Shown here: positions 1 to 12,017 of the stretch, piece after piece
Position numbering within the stretch: position 1 is the stretch's first letter
Layout of the letters: each line of letters starts with the position of its first letter
DNA from: an uncultured delta proteobacterium
Lineage (GTDB): Bacteria > Desulfobacterota > Desulfuromonadia > Desulfuromonadales > JACZKF01
DNA length: 64,000 bases
NCBI GenBank assembly: GCA_963816395.1
Contig: CAWFKQ010000007.1
Coordinates: 384,001 to 448,000, forward strand
Reading direction: 5' to 3'
Made by a program: the position numbers and the translations under genes
The notes under the pieces: generated by a model
What the model saw: the letters and a program-made list of their open reading frames with translations, nothing else
Told to the model about the DNA's origin: nothing
The model's database searches: none

Positions 1-3000
1 GATATTCTTCGGCGTGTCGTTCAGCACGACGGTGATGCCGAGGACGATCTGTTCGCCGGCCGGGATCTCGATGCCGCCGGCCGGGTCTTCGATCACCAGG
101 TTGGTGACGGTTCCGGTATTGACCGGGGTCCATGACTGGGAGCCGGAGACCTTGGTGACGCTGACAAAGCTCAGGTCCGCGGCCGAGGCGCTCAGGTCAT
201 CGAGGATGCGCACGTCGTGCAGGGCGGTGGCCTGCGGCGTGGCGGGTACGGTCAGGCGATAGGTGAACGGCTCGCCGACCGCAGCGGTAAGTACGACCGG
301 GTTCTGCTTGGCGAGTGCTCCGGGGGTGGCCGTGGTGAGCGTGCTGGCGGCGGCGTTGGTCGGGCCATAGACCTCGCGATTGGCGGCGCTGCCGCTCGGC
401 ACGTCATTGTTGTCAAATGAGTAGTAGCGCGAGGCGACTGCCGAATTGGTCAGGGTCAGCCCGGCGCCGAGACTGGCATCGGCCGACACCTGGTAGACGA
501 TGCGCAGGGTCTCGCCCGCCGGTATGGTGTAGGCATCGGCGGCTCCGCTATCGAGGTTCCAGGTCGCAACACCCGTGGCCGCGTTGTAGTCCGGGGGCAG
601 GTTCGGCAGGGTGCGAGCGGCATGTCACCAGCGTGATGCTGGTGGTGGTCACCCCACCCTGGCGCAGCCCCACCGGCAGCGTATCGGTGAGCACGGTGTC
701 ATAGGCAGGCGCAGCACCGCTGTTGGTGATATCGACGGTGTAGCTGATCGTTTCACCGGCACCGATGACGGCGTCGCCGCCGGCCGGAGCCGCACTTTTG
801 GTCACCGCCAGCATCGGCTGCAGAACATAAAGGGACTGGCTGGCGCTCTTCGGCGTCGCGGGAACACCGCCGATGGTGTAGCCCAGCGTGGCGTTGTTGG
901 TCAGGGTCTGCGTCGTGGGCGTCTGCGCCAGCACATGGTTGTTGAGCACCCGCGCCCGATATCTGATCACCAGGGTGTCGTTGGCCGGGTCGTTGTCGCT
1001 CGCGTTGACCACGGTGCCCAGATTCCAGGTCAGGGTGCCGGTGGCGCCTGCCGCCGGTTGGGAGGCCAAGTTGTAGGTAAAATTGCTGCTGCCCGAGGCA
1101 GGGGTGATGCTCGCCAGACTGTCATAGGCCATGCCCGCCGGCAGGATGTCGGTCAGCACCACACCCGTGGTTGTGCCTTCCTGCAGGCCGAGGCGCAGTT
1201 CGTAATCGATGAGGTCGCCGACCCGCACATTGGAGCTGCCGTCATGGTAGGTGTCGCTCACATACGTCTTGGCCAGGGCGGTGTTGTCCCCCACCGTCAG
1301 GCTGGTGGCGGCCGTGGCGAAATAATCGTTCCAGGCCGGCGTCCCGCTGCCGTCGCGCTCGTCGGTGCTGGGGCCGCTGAGACTGGTCCAGCGCGCCGTC
1401 ACGCTGTTGGTCAGGGACTGCCCGGCGCCGACACTGTCGAGCACGCGCACCTTGTAAATGACTTGAACCGTAGTCCCTTCGGGGATATCGATGCCGCTCC
1501 AGGTCAGGGTCTGCGGCGTCGTGATGCCGTCACCGCTCACCGCCGGATCGACAGCAACGCCACCCACTGTCGCGCTGCCGGGCTCGTAGGTGAGCCCGAG
1601 GCTGAGCGCATCGACAACACCGGTATCGAACGCTTCGGATTTGTCGGTGCCGCCCTGGGCCTGCAGATTCACCGTATAGGTCAGGGTGTCGCCCGCCTTG
1701 GGCGCCGTCGTCGGGGCAACGCTCTTGGTGAGGTTGATCAGAGGCTCGACGATGGTGAGCGGGCCGCTGGTGGCGTCGGTCGCCGCGCCGGCAGGGATGC
1801 CGGTGTAGGTATAGGAGGCCGTGTTGGTGAAGCTGACGCCGGCATTCGCCGTGGTGTTGTCGGCCACCCGCGTATGGAGGGTGATGATCACCTGCTTTCC
1901 CGCCGGGATCTGCGCGATGGTCAGGTTCACATTGCCCGGCGCAACGCTGTTGTCGGTCAGGGTCACCGGATTGCCGCCATTGTCGACCGCCGTGGCGCCG
2001 GCATACTCCAGGGCGCCGTTCAGGGTGTCGGTCACCACCACATTGCTCAGCGCCGCATTGACCGCCACCCTCGGCACCGTGATCCGGTAGACCGCCTCTT
2101 CACCGATGGTCACCTCGCCGCTTGCCGGGGAGACCACGCTCTTGGCCAGCGGTTGGACGGCGACCGGGTTGGTCATGATGAAGGGCGTCGAACTCAGCGG
2201 TCCATACTTCTGTCCCGTCGTGGTCGGTGCCGCCAATGACCAGTATTCGTCCAGGGTTGTGCTGTTGTTCCAGGTCTGGTTCGGCCCAACGTCGGGGCGG
2301 AGGCCGATGGTGTAATCGATGGTGGCGCATTCGGTCGGATTGACCGGCGTGTTGAGCACAAAGGTCATGGTCCGATCGAGGGGGGTATACGCGTAGACGT
2401 AATCGGTTCCGGCGGTCAACACGGTGCTGCCGACGGTCACCACCGGTACGCTCATGCCGGCCTCATTCATCTGGCTCGCCAGCACATCGGTGAATTTGGC
2501 ACTGTACGCCGGGGCCGATCCGTTGTTGCACGACTGCAGGTGGAACGGCATGACGTCGGACAGGATGTTGACGTTGGCCGGGCTGGTGAAACCGGTAGCG
2601 GTCTTGGTCGGGGTGCTCATGACCGGCTGCCGCACCGTGATGACGGCGCTGCTGTGCAGACGCGCCGCGGCGGGATCATTCCCCGTGTAGGAAAGGGCCA
2701 CGCTGTTGGTCAAGGTTGTCGAGGCCGTCTGGGCGAGCGTATCTTTCGCCACCCGCGCCCGATATTCGATGACCAGGGTGTCGTTGCCGGCGTCGTGGTC
2801 GATGGCATTGTTGATATCGCCCAGCTGCCAGGTGAGGGTGCCGGTCTGGCCGGGCGCCGGGACATTGGCCGCCGGGATATCGGCGTAGCTGAAGGCGCCG
2901 GCGGCGGAGAAAGGCGCCGTGGCGTCGCCATTGACACTGACCACGCCGTCGAAGGCCAGGCCGGCCGGCAGCGAATCGGTGACCACCACATTCTGCAGCT

Positions 3001-6000
3001 GCCCTTCGCGCAGGGTCAGAGCGAGGCGGTAAACGACGGAGTCGCCGACGCGCAGAATGGAGTCGGTGCCGGTGCTGGCTCCGCTGTCCCAGGAATCGGA
3101 GACCACCGACTTGGCGACGGTGGTGGTATCGGTGGTGGCGACGGCGGCGGTGACCGGTCCGAAGCAGTAGTCGTTGAGCGGATCGGCGGTCGGGCAACCG
3201 GCGCCGGTGCGCTCGTCGGTGCTGGCGCCGTCAAGGGAGGTCCAGTCCACATAGGCGCTGTTGTTGATCGGCAGACCGTTGACCGACACCACGGTCGCGC
3301 GATAGGTCAGCGCCAGCGACTGGCCGGCGGGGATGTCGAGGGTATCATCGCCGTTCTGGCGCCCCCAGGCCAGGCCGCCGCCGGGCAGTTGGGTTGGATC
3401 CGCGACAAAACCCGAAACGGGGACGCCGCCGATCCTGGCCGTCGCGGACCCGGGGACCAGCGAGACGTTCACCGGCAAGGTGTCGACGATGTCGGTATCA
3501 AAAGCGGTGGAGTTGCCACTGTTGGGAATGGTGACGCATACTCGAGGACGTCGCCGGCCGCGGCAGGATCGGTGGCCGGTTTGTTCGCCGGCGTGACGAA
3601 TCGCACCGTCTTGCTGGCCGCGGTGATGGCCGGCTCGACCACCTGCATGTCGAGGGTGGTGCCCGCGCCGCCGGCCATTTGCGTCGCGTCGTTGCCGTTC
3701 ATCCGGTTGTAGGTGTAGGACGCGCTGTTTTTGAAGGGCAGGCCACTCTGGTTGGTGGTGGTGTTCATGCAACTCTCCCGTAATCTCGATGACCGCCTGG
3801 CCGTTGGCGGGGATGTCGATCCCGGTGGCCGTGTCTTCAATAATGAGGTTGGTGGCACTGCCGGCATTGCTCAGGGCCCAGGTGCCGCCGGATACCACGT
3901 TGGCACTGACAAAGCGCATGTTGGCTGCGGCGAGGCCCAGATCGTCCAGGATCCGCACATCGTACAGGGGCACGGCGGTGGGGGTCGCGGGCACGGTGAT
4001 GCGGTACTTGAACTGCTCGCCGATGGTGGCGCTCGCCTGGCTATTCGCCTTCGCCAGCGGGCCGGGAGACTGGATCACCACCCGGGTGGGGTCCGCGGGA
4101 GCACCGGGCGGAGCGATGCCGTTGACGTACGGGTCATCGCTCTCTGCGGTGAGGCCGGCGGCGGTGAGGGTGGCCTGGTTGTCGACCGCGGTGCCGTTGG
4201 TGAGGGTCGATTTCAGGGTGATCTCGAACTCGATCACGAGCTCGCTGCCGACGGCGACGTTCAGAGGGGTGATATCGCCGCTGATTTCCAGCCGGCCACT
4301 GGCGGGATCAAAAGTGTATTTGGCGCCCGCCGGGGGAGGCGTAACCATGGCGAACGTGGTCAGATCGAAGCGGTTCGGATCCAGCAGGTCGCTGATCGTG
4401 ATCCCGTCAATCGTCTGGTCGACGTTGAAGAGGCGCAGCCGGTAGCGCAGCCTGTCACCCGGAGCGGCGGTGACGGCCGGGTTGGCGCCACTGGTCAGGT
4501 TCTCGACCGTCTTCTGAAAGTAGTAGCCGGCCAGCGCCGTCGTGATGGTTTCGCTGTCCTGAAAATCCGCTACGCCCGGTGTGCCGTCGGTAAGCGGGCC
4601 CTTGTCGTATTGGCGGCGGCTGGTAAGACTGCTGTCGCCACTGAACCAGCGGGTAGCGCCGGCGACATTGGTCAGCGTTATGCCGTCTTTGCTGTCGCCG
4701 TCGAGCTGAGACTGGTAATTGATGATCAGGTGCTGAGAGGGTCCGACCTTGGCCGTGGGCGTATCCAGCAGGGTCAGGCTGAGCTGGCAGGTGGGCGCAC
4801 CGCTATAGGTGACCGAGTAGTCGGTGCCCTGGGTCAGGTCCGAGACCAGGGTGCCGTCAGCCGCGGCGATCCGGGCGGTGACCCCGCCCGGCGCCGTGGT
4901 GGGGTCGTAGTCGCACATGCCGCCTTGGGGGCCGTCGGGGAGCTGGTCGAGGATCGTGGCGTTCCAGGCATCGCTGCCGCCGGTGTTCTCGACGTCGATG
5001 GTAAAGGCCGCCGGGACCCCCAGGTTCAGGGCCGTCTCACTGCTCGTCTTGTTGACGACGAGATTGGGCCCGACGATGGTCATCGGTGGCGTGATCCCAT
5101 CCTGCCCGGGGAGGGGCTCATATTGCGTTCCGTTGATGATCCTCCCCAACTCCCAATGGGCGGTGTTGATGAACTGCGTCCCCGGCACGTTCGCCGGGGT
5201 GTCATCGAGGACGACCGTAAGCTTGAGCACAACCTGAGAATTGGCCGGGATCCTGGCAAAGGACGCGTTGTCGACATAGGAGAAGACGAGGTGCTTGTTA
5301 TCCCCCGAGTTGGCCAGTGAGCCCAGCGCGGTTGTGGTGCCGTCGCTGTTTTTCAGGTAGGCGGTATTGCTCAGGTAGGTGAGGTTCGCGCCCGTGGCGG
5401 TGAGATCGTCGGTGATTTCGATGTTGTACAGGTCGGCGGTGTCCGGGCTGCCGGAGTAGACGTAACCCGACGGCGTCAGCGTCGCCATGTCTGAAAAGGT
5501 GAGCGTGTAGGTGAAGGGCACGCCGATGGTGGCCGTGGTCCGGCCCGCGGGGTTCTCCTTATGGATTCCATCTACCGGTATAATAAATTCCTGGCAACTC
5601 GTGCTGATGTTGTTATATGAGCCGTTACTCCACCACATCGAAAAGGTAGATTGAGTGGGGTCGTTACACGACATGTTGCCGTCGTAGAAAACGTTGTCGA
5701 AGACAATCAGATACGATGCATGATTGGGGAATTGGAAGTTAATGAGGGTAAATGGCAGTCCGCCCACAGACTGCGGAAAGTTCTTTATCGTGCAGTCCCG
5801 GTCGATCCCGAGCGTGCTGGGAAGCTGCGAAATATTGAGGGTATTGCCGTCAATCACGCCGCCTGGGTAATCGGAGCACATATCGCCCGCCGCCTGCGCG
5901 GAAGAGGCCGCGCCCAGCAACAGGGCGAAGAGGAGCAGCAACAGGCCACCTAACCTGATGCCGCGGGCTGAAAGGCCAAGAGCACCGCTGGCGGCGCTGG

Positions 6001-6043
6001 TCAGCAGGTTCCAGGTTTTCGACACGTTTCTCTTCTGCGGCAT
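1..6043 (-). CDS. Giant repetitive surface/adhesin protein with tandem DUF11/isopeptide-forming Ig-like repeats; 3' end runs off the window; apparent frameshifts at ~3775, ~3535 and ~620
   Basis: ORF 548..6208, likely start MPQKRN at 6043 with a hydrophobic signal-like segment ending ASSAQA. More than 10 repeats of the form K..G..(Y/F).(I/L)..N..D.LP.G..W..G..N.A. The frame in ORF 3469..3867 restores the repeat across 3775-3535, and repeats continue below 620 (YNAATGVATWNLDSG). Confidence 0.85.
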
Positions 6044-6130
6044 ATTCGGCGTTATGGGTTCCCTGCGTCGTTTCAGTAAGTTCTTTGATCCGTTTATTTT
6101 TTCTCTCTTAGGCACGGCGAATTTCCCTGA

Positions 6131-6167
6131 AAACAAAAAACGCCCACTCTTCCGCCGAAGATGAGCG
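6131..6167 (-). terminator. Intrinsic terminator of the proximal riboswitch
   Basis: Minus strand CGCTCATCTTCGGCGGAAGAGTGGGCG followed by TTTTTTGTTT. Confidence 0.75.
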
Positions 6168-6215
6168 CTCTTGGAATATTCCACGATTGCCGGGGGCCCA
6201 AGATACATGACTCAT

Positions 6216-6308
6216 CTCTTCGGCAACCCGGCTGTCCGCCTTCGCTTGTGGCTTCGGCGGACCCGTGGCTTTGCGTCACCAGATTTCTCTGGTTTTGCCC
6301 TTTCGGAG
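6216..6308 (-). promoter_or_regulatory. c-di-GMP-I (GEMM-I) riboswitch aptamer, proximal copy
   Basis: Minus strand CTCCGAAAGGGCAAAACCAGAGAAATCTGGTGACGCAAAGCCACGGGTCC...GACAGCCGGGTTGCCGAAGAG matches the GEMM-I consensus (GGCAAA, GAAA loop, GACGCAAAGC, GGTTGCC). Confidence 0.92.
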
Positions 6309-6356
6309 ACCCTTTTGTTCAGTAACGATGGTGTTTAATTAGGGTCGAATTCCAAT

Positions 6357-6391
6357 AAAAAAGCGCCTTCTTCTGGCCGAAGATGAGCGCT
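6357..6391 (-). terminator. Intrinsic terminator of the distal riboswitch
   Basis: Minus strand AGCGCTCATCTTCGGCCAGAAGAAGGCGC followed by TTTTTT. Confidence 0.75.
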
Positions 6392-6434
6392 CCTGGAGTA
6401 CTCCTGAATTGCCGGGGCCCAAGATATGACTCAC

Positions 6435-6550
6435 CTCTTCGGCAACCCGGCTATCCGTCTCAACCTGTAGCTCCACCTAAGCTTCGGTGGACAAGTCGAC
6501 GGACCCGTGGCTTTGCGTCACCAGATTTCTCTGGTTTTGCCCTTTCGGAG
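6435..6550 (-). promoter_or_regulatory. c-di-GMP-I (GEMM-I) riboswitch aptamer, distal copy with extended P3
   Basis: Same aptamer core as 6216..6308, with a longer P3 insert (TCCACCGAAGCTTAGGTGGA hairpin). Confidence 0.92.
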
Positions 6551-6999
6551 ATCTTCCTTTGCAATGACCTGTGCAAGTCTTGTATGTCCCTCATAGGCAC
6601 AAACCATTCCAGCAAACGCAGGGTCCTCCTGTTTGACCGTAACACATGAGAATATTGCGGTTAAATGCTTTTTTGGAAGATTGCAAATGCGGGGAGCAGC
6701 CGCTTTGATCGACAGCAGGGTGACACGATGCGTCATTGGAAGCGGTTATTTTTCTTTTCTTAAAGAGAGGTGACGCGAATTGTCATCGAATGCAGTCTTT
6801 TCATGAAATGGGTATATAGGCAGGGGTTATTTACAGAGAGAGAAATGTTCAGCAAAAATTTAGCGCCGGGGATAATGGATGCGGAATGGACACGACCTGG
6901 CCGGGTAGCTCCGAACGGCAAAAGGAGGAGTGCGCGGACAGGCAGCAGAAGGGAGCAGAGAAGGGAAAAGGGGCGAGTTTAGATCCTGCGGCAGCGAAA

Positions 7000-8559
7000 T
7001 CAAGTCACTGGCGCCGGGTTGAACAGCACCAGATCATTGTGCAGGCCGAGCCGGTCGGCAGCTACCTGCCTGCGTCCGCTCGCCACCTGGAGAATCAACT
7101 GGAAAAGCTCCCAGCCCACCTCGGCGATGCTCGCTTCTCCCGTGGCGATGCGGCCGGCGTCGAGGTCGATGAGATCATGCCAGCGCAGGCTGAGAGCGGT
7201 GCGCGTGGCAACCTTGATGACGGGAGCCATCGCCAGCCCGTAGGGGGTGCCGCGGCCGGTGGTGAACACCTGCAGGTTGATGCCGGCGGCAAGTTGCAGC
7301 GTGCCGCAGACAAAATCGCTGGCCGGCGTTGCCGCGAAGACCAGCCCCTTGCGCCGCAGGCGTTCCCCGGGGCCTAGAACGTCGACGATCGTGGTGCTGC
7401 CGGACTTGACGATGGAACCCAGCGCCTTCTCCACGATATTGGCCAGTCCCCCGGCCTTGTTGCCCGGGGTCGGGTTGGCGCTGCGGTCCGCTTCCCCCGC
7501 CTGCAGATAGCGATCGTACCAGGCCATTTCCCGCAGCAGGGCCTGTCCCACCGATTCGTCGGCGGCCCGGGGGGTGAGCAGATAAATGGCATCCCGGACT
7601 TCCGTCACCTCCGAGAAGAGCACGGTGCCCCCGGCCCGGACGATGAGGTCCGCCGCGTAACCGACCGCGGGGTTCGCGGTGACCCCGGAGAAGGCATCGC
7701 TGCCGCCGCACTGCAGGCCGACAACCAGGTCGGAGGCCGGGCAGGTTTCACGGCGGCGCCGATTCAACTTTTCGAGCCGCCGCTCGGCCATCTCCATCAT
7801 CGCCTCGGCCATGGCGCCAAAACCGTGGAAGGCTTCATCCTGCAGGGTGAGGATCGGCGAGTCCGCAATCCCGTGGGCAACGCTTTGCCGGATGGTCGCC
7901 GGCACCAGCCGCTCCGGTTCCAGTTTTTCGCACCCCAGGCCGACGACCATCACCTCGCCACCCAGGTTGGGGTTGAGTGCCAGGTTCTGCAGGGTCCGGA
8001 TCGGGACGATGGCGGCGGGAGCATTGATCGCCACCCCACAGCCATAGGTGTGGTTAAGCGCGACTACGTCGTCGACGTTCGGATAGCGGGGGAGAAGTTC
8101 CTGCTTGATACGCCGGACCAGGTAATTCGCCACGCCGGCGACGCACTGCACGCTGGTGACGATGCCCAGCACGTTTTTGGTGCCGACACTACCGTCGGGG
8201 TTGCGATAGCCCTCGAAGGTGTAGCCTTCCAGGGGAGGAAGATCTGCCGGCTTTCGTGACGCGAGAGGGATGTCCTTGAGGGCCGGCGCCTCGGGCAACC
8301 CGACGAGGGATTCTTCCACCCAACTTCCGCGTGCGATGGTTTTTACCGCCCGGCCGACAATTTCCCCGTAACGGATGATCGGAGCACCTTGCGGGATATC
8401 GCCAAGTGCCACTTTGTGGCCCTGGGGAACGTCCTGGCGCAAGACGGTATCATCATCCAATTTCGCTCCCGCTTTCAAGCCGTTGGCATTGACGACGATG
8501 GCAACGTTATCCAGTTCGTCGACTTTGATTAAAACTGCCGGTTCGTTAACCGCGTTCAT
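7000..8559 (-). CDS. garD: Galactarate dehydratase (UxaA/GarD family)
   Basis: N-terminal SAF-like [53 protein letters not shown]-terminus [10 protein letters not shown]. Confidence 0.9.
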   Translation of the reverse strand: MNAVNEPAVLIKVDELDNVAIVVNANGLKAGAKLDDDTVLRQDVPQGHKVALGDIPQGAPIIRYGEIVGRAVKTIARGSWVEESLVGLPEAPALKDIPLASRKPADLPPLEGYTFEGYRNPDGSVGTKNVLGIVTSVQCVAGVANYLVRRIKQELLPRYPNVDDVVALNHTYGCGVAINAPAAIVPIRTLQNLALNPNLGGEVMVVGLGCEKLEPERLVPATIRQSVAHGIADSPILTLQDEAFHGFGAMAEAMMEMAERRLEKLNRRRRETCPASDLVVGLQCGGSDAFSGVTANPAVGYAADLIVRAGGTVLFSEVTEVRDAIYLLTPRAADESVGQALLREMAWYDRYLQAGEADRSANPTPGNKAGGLANIVEKALGSIVKSGSTTIVDVLGPGERLRRKGLVFAATPASDFVCGTLQLAAGINLQVFTTGRGTPYGLAMAPVIKVATRTALSLRWHDLIDLDAGRIATGEASIAEVGWELFQLILQVASGRRQVAADRLGLHNDLVLFNPAPVT

Positions 8560-8642
8560 AGAATTACCTGGTTCTTGGGTCAAACTCCGCCAGCCCTGAC
8601 TCATTCTTCCGTCATTGAACTGTACACGAAAAACCCCACCGG

Positions 8643-10154
8643 TCATCCCTGGGAATCCCCCCGGCCATGGTTTCGGGACGACTTGACCGACGAATAGATT
8701 GAATAGCCGATGGAGAGCAGGATCAGCACCCACAGGAACACCGCAATCGGGCTTTTCGTAAAGAAGATCGTCAAGGTGCCGAACGATTCAAGGGTTTTCA
8801 CAAAATAGACCTCGGCCGACTTGCCGAGAATGAAACCGATGATCAGGGGGGCGATCTCGATGCCGATCTTCTGCGCCGCCCAGCCAAAGACGCCGAAGAG
8901 CAGCAAGGTCCAGACGTCGAACATTATGCCGTAATTGATCGCATAGGCGCCGACGACGCACATCATGATGATGATCGGGTAGAGGATGTATTTCGGCACG
9001 GTGATGACCTTGGCGACGTACTTGATGGCAAAGAACATGACCAGGAACATGACCAGGTTGCCGACCAGAAGGGACATCATGATGTGGTGCCAGATATCCA
9101 GGTTTTCACCGATAAACAGCGGTCCAACCTGGATCCCCTGGAGAGTGAAGGCCCCGATCAGCACGGCCGTGGTACTGTCTCCGGGGATGCCCAGAGACAG
9201 CAACGGGATGAGGGCGCCGCCGGTCAGACCGTTGTTTGAAGCTTCTGACGCGATAACCCCTTCGGGAACGCCGGTTCCCATTTTGGCGGGATCCCTGGAG
9301 AAGTTTTTGGCCTGGGTGTAGGACAATATCGACGCCGCGCTCCCGCCGATCCCGGGGAGCAGACCGATGAAGGTGCCGATGAAGCCCGACCGGAAGAGAT
9401 TGATGATCTGACCCTTGAAGATCCCGAAGGAGAATTTTGCCCGGGCCGAAAGGTTCACGTCGGCGCATAAAGGCTCCTCCCGAACCCCCTTCTCCGCCTC
9501 CTCCAGGATCATCGCCAGACCGAAGAGGCCGATCAGCACTGGCAGCAGGGAGAAGCCGTTTTCCAGGTAAGGCACCATGAAATCGAACATCAGCCGCGTC
9601 TTGCCGTTGCCGCCCACGGAGATATCGTAAGTGCCGACCAGGCTCAGCCAGACCCCGAGCGCCCCGCTGAAAATGCCCATCAGCATATTTTTGGAAAGGG
9701 AGGCAATCACGGTCAGGGCGAAAAGGATAATCAGGAACTTTTCAACGTAGGAAAACTTGATGGCGAAATCGGCCAGAAGCGGGGCGCAGAAAAGCAAAAT
9801 GGCTGCACTCAACAGCCCCCCGAACAGGGAGGAGACAATGCCGACCTTCAGGGCTTTTTCGCCTTCCCCCTTCTGGGTCATGGGATAGCCGTCGAAGGTG
9901 GTGGCAATCGAAGAGGGCGTGCCGGGGATGTTGAGCAGAATCGCCGGGACCAGGCCGCCGGAGATGCCACCGACGTACAGACCAAGCAGCAGGGCCAGTC
10001 CCAGGTTCAGGTCGAGGGAATAGGTCAGCGGCAGGCAGACGGCCACGGCCATGGTCGCCGTCATCCCGGGAATGGCACCGAAGATGATGCCGATAAGAAC
10101 CCCGACCGAGACCAGCAGGATGGACATGGGGGAGAGAAGCGTCAGAAATTCCAT
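8643..10154 (-). CDS. tctA: Tripartite tricarboxylate transporter, large membrane subunit TctA
   Basis: [36 protein letters not shown] motifs; polytopic membrane protein. Confidence 0.9.
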   Translation of the reverse strand: MEFLTLLSPMSILLVSVGVLIGIIFGAIPGMTATMAVAVCLPLTYSLDLNLGLALLLGLYVGGISGGLVPAILLNIPGTPSSIATTFDGYPMTQKGEGEKALKVGIVSSLFGGLLSAAILLFCAPLLADFAIKFSYVEKFLIILFALTVIASLSKNMLMGIFSGALGVWLSLVGTYDISVGGNGKTRLMFDFMVPYLENGFSLLPVLIGLFGLAMILEEAEKGVREEPLCADVNLSARAKFSFGIFKGQIINLFRSGFIGTFIGLLPGIGGSAASILSYTQAKNFSRDPAKMGTGVPEGVIASEASNNGLTGGALIPLLSLGIPGDSTTAVLIGAFTLQGIQVGPLFIGENLDIWHHIMMSLLVGNLVMFLVMFFAIKYVAKVITVPKYILYPIIIMMCVVGAYAINYGIMFDVWTLLLFGVFGWAAQKIGIEIAPLIIGFILGKSAEVYFVKTLESFGTLTIFFTKSPIAVFLWVLILLSIGYSIYSSVKSSRNHGRGDSQG

Positions 10155-10174
10155 GGCGAGGCGTCCTTGTCCGG

Positions 10175-10618
10175 TTACGGCAGCGAAATGTTCATCATCT
10201 GGGCCAGAACGAACCAGGCCACTGTCGGTGCAATCAACGCGTTAAGAGTGAGCGCCAGGAATTTACGACGGTCGAGCCCGTGTACGTACAAAAGGGAAAG
10301 AACGAAGATGAAGGGAATCGAGGTAAAGAGAAAACCGAGTCCCATGTTCGGGAAAAACTCCCCCACGTATTCCATGGACAGAAAATAGGCAATGGTCAGG
10401 ACGATCGTTCCGCCGAAGCGCAGTTTGTCGATCTGCTTAACAGAAAATGAGAACGTTCGTTTGCCCCTTCGGAGGTCCCGCAGATAAGGGATCCCTTTGA
10501 CCAGAAAGATCACCATCAGGAGCAGCAGCAGGACGATGGTGACAATCTTCGGAAAAAACAGATGGGATTGGTTAAAGTCTACAGAGACCTTGAACAGAGA
10601 TGAAAAACCCTCATCCAT
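10175..10618 (-). CDS. tctB: Tripartite tricarboxylate transporter, small subunit TctB
   Basis: 147 aa, about 4 TM segments, FFP motif, C-terminal I.LP; lies between the binding protein and TctA. Confidence 0.8.
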   Translation of the reverse strand: MDEGFSSLFKVSVDFNQSHLFFPKIVTIVLLLLLMVIFLVKGIPYLRDLRRGKRTFSFSVKQIDKLRFGGTIVLTIAYFLSMEYVGEFFPNMGLGFLFTSIPFIFVLSLLYVHGLDRRKFLALTLNALIAPTVAWFVLAQMMNISLP

Positions 10619-10738
10619 CCGGCAACTCCTCGTTTCCTTGGGCTGGAACGGTCAGGCAAACTGCCTTTATTTCTGAACGCGATATCAGAAAGCGGCACCG
10701 CCCCGAGAGGTCACCAGGAGGCGGTGCCGTCTGCCGGA

Positions 10739-11784
10739 TCAGCGAATGGCCTCAATGATCTTCTTGTAATCCTCCATCTTTTCCTTCAGATGCGCTTGTG
10801 CTTCTTTCGAGGGCCTGAAATCTGGGATGAAAAAGGCTTTCTTCAGGGGCTTCTGAATATTGCCGGTGGCATAGATTTCGGAGAGAGCCTGGTCGAGATA
10901 AGCAACGATTTCCGGGCTCATGTTTTTGTTATAGAGGAAGAAAAATTCCTTGTCGAAGGTGAAATTGTGCTTGCCGTCCATGGGGACGATGACGTTCGGT
11001 TCGACATACTTCAGCAGCTCCTCGCGGTCGGTCTGCCCCATCCCTTCGGGATTGGCCTGCTCGATCGTCTGCTTGCTGGCGGTCAGCCAGACAAAACGCA
11101 TCGCCTTCTGGTCGTCTGCCGGAAGCCGGGTGTACTGCTCATTGGCCTGCACCGAGCCGTTGATCAGGTCCGCCGCCCCCTGGAACAACAGCATGTTCTT
11201 TGCCTCCTGAGAACCGGTGGGGACCTCAACCAGGTTGCTCTCCATGCCCGGGTATTTGATTTTGATGGCATTTTTGAGGGCACTGTAGCCGATTTCGGAG
11301 ACACCTCCGGGCTGGATGGCCACCCGCACCTTCGTCCCTTTGCCGCAGGCCTCCATGATGTCTTCGAGGCTCTTATAGGGGGAGTTCTTCGGGACCAGGT
11401 AGGCGTTGCCGGGGTTGATGGCAAAAGTGGGGCCGATAATGTAGTTTTCGAAGGGGTTGTCGTATCCGGCCACCCCATACAGGTTACCCAGGTAGGCCTG
11501 ATCGTGGAAAATCATGATGGTGTTGCCTCTCGCACCCATTTGTTCCAGAGCCCGATAGGCGCCACTCGCACCTGTTGCATCCACTTTGACATTGATGCCG
11601 AGTTTGTTCTCCAGCGCCTGAGCCACGATGCTCGAAGCCTGATAGGTATCGCCGCCGGTCGACTTGGAGCCGATGACGATACGCAGGTTCCCCTTGATCA
11701 GCTTTTCCGCGGCCAGGCCATTGGCCACCGGGAAGAGCGCAGAGCGAGCAAAACCAGACCCAACTTCATCAGCAATCGGTTCAT
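10739..11784 (-). CDS. tctC: TTT periplasmic substrate-binding protein (TctC/Bug-like); 1-bp frameshift in the signal peptide at ~11740
   Basis: ORF 10739..11728 (TGGDT, GASGA). An upstream ATG at 11784 (MNRLLMKLGLVLLAL) with an AGGGAG RBS is one base out of frame. Confidence 0.75.
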
Positions 11785-11847
11785 CTCCCTACTCCTCTCT
11801 GCAGAACATTGTTGAAGGACTTCCGGACAACACCAGACTAGCCTGCA

Positions 11848-11877
11848 ATGTTAGCGCTACCACATTATCAAAGTCAA
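11848..11877 (-). promoter_or_regulatory. Sigma70-like promoter for tctCBA-garD overlapped by LacI-type operator ATGTTAGCGCTACCAC (11848-11863)
   Basis: Minus strand TTGACT-N18-TAACAT; the operator overlaps the -10 box. Confidence 0.65.
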
Positions 11878-11967
11878 TAAGATTTAATAACGGTGTTATA
11901 GAGTTAAACAGCAACTATGTCTGCTGATTTTCACGCGAAAGAATTCAGTGCCCCCAGACAAATCCTT

Positions 11968-11983
11968 ATGATAGCGTCACCAT
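11968..11983. promoter_or_regulatory. Auxiliary LacI-type operator ATGATAGCGTCACCAT
   Basis: Degenerate copy of the palindrome at 16271-16286. Confidence 0.5.
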
Positions 11984-12017
11984 TTTTCTCCTGGCGCCGG
12001 CGGCGGCACTTACAACT

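Noticed and set aside
6044..6736. N-terminal extension of the adhesin ORF and small ORFs at 6094-6736
   Set aside because: They run through riboswitch aptamers and terminators; this is a non-coding leader.
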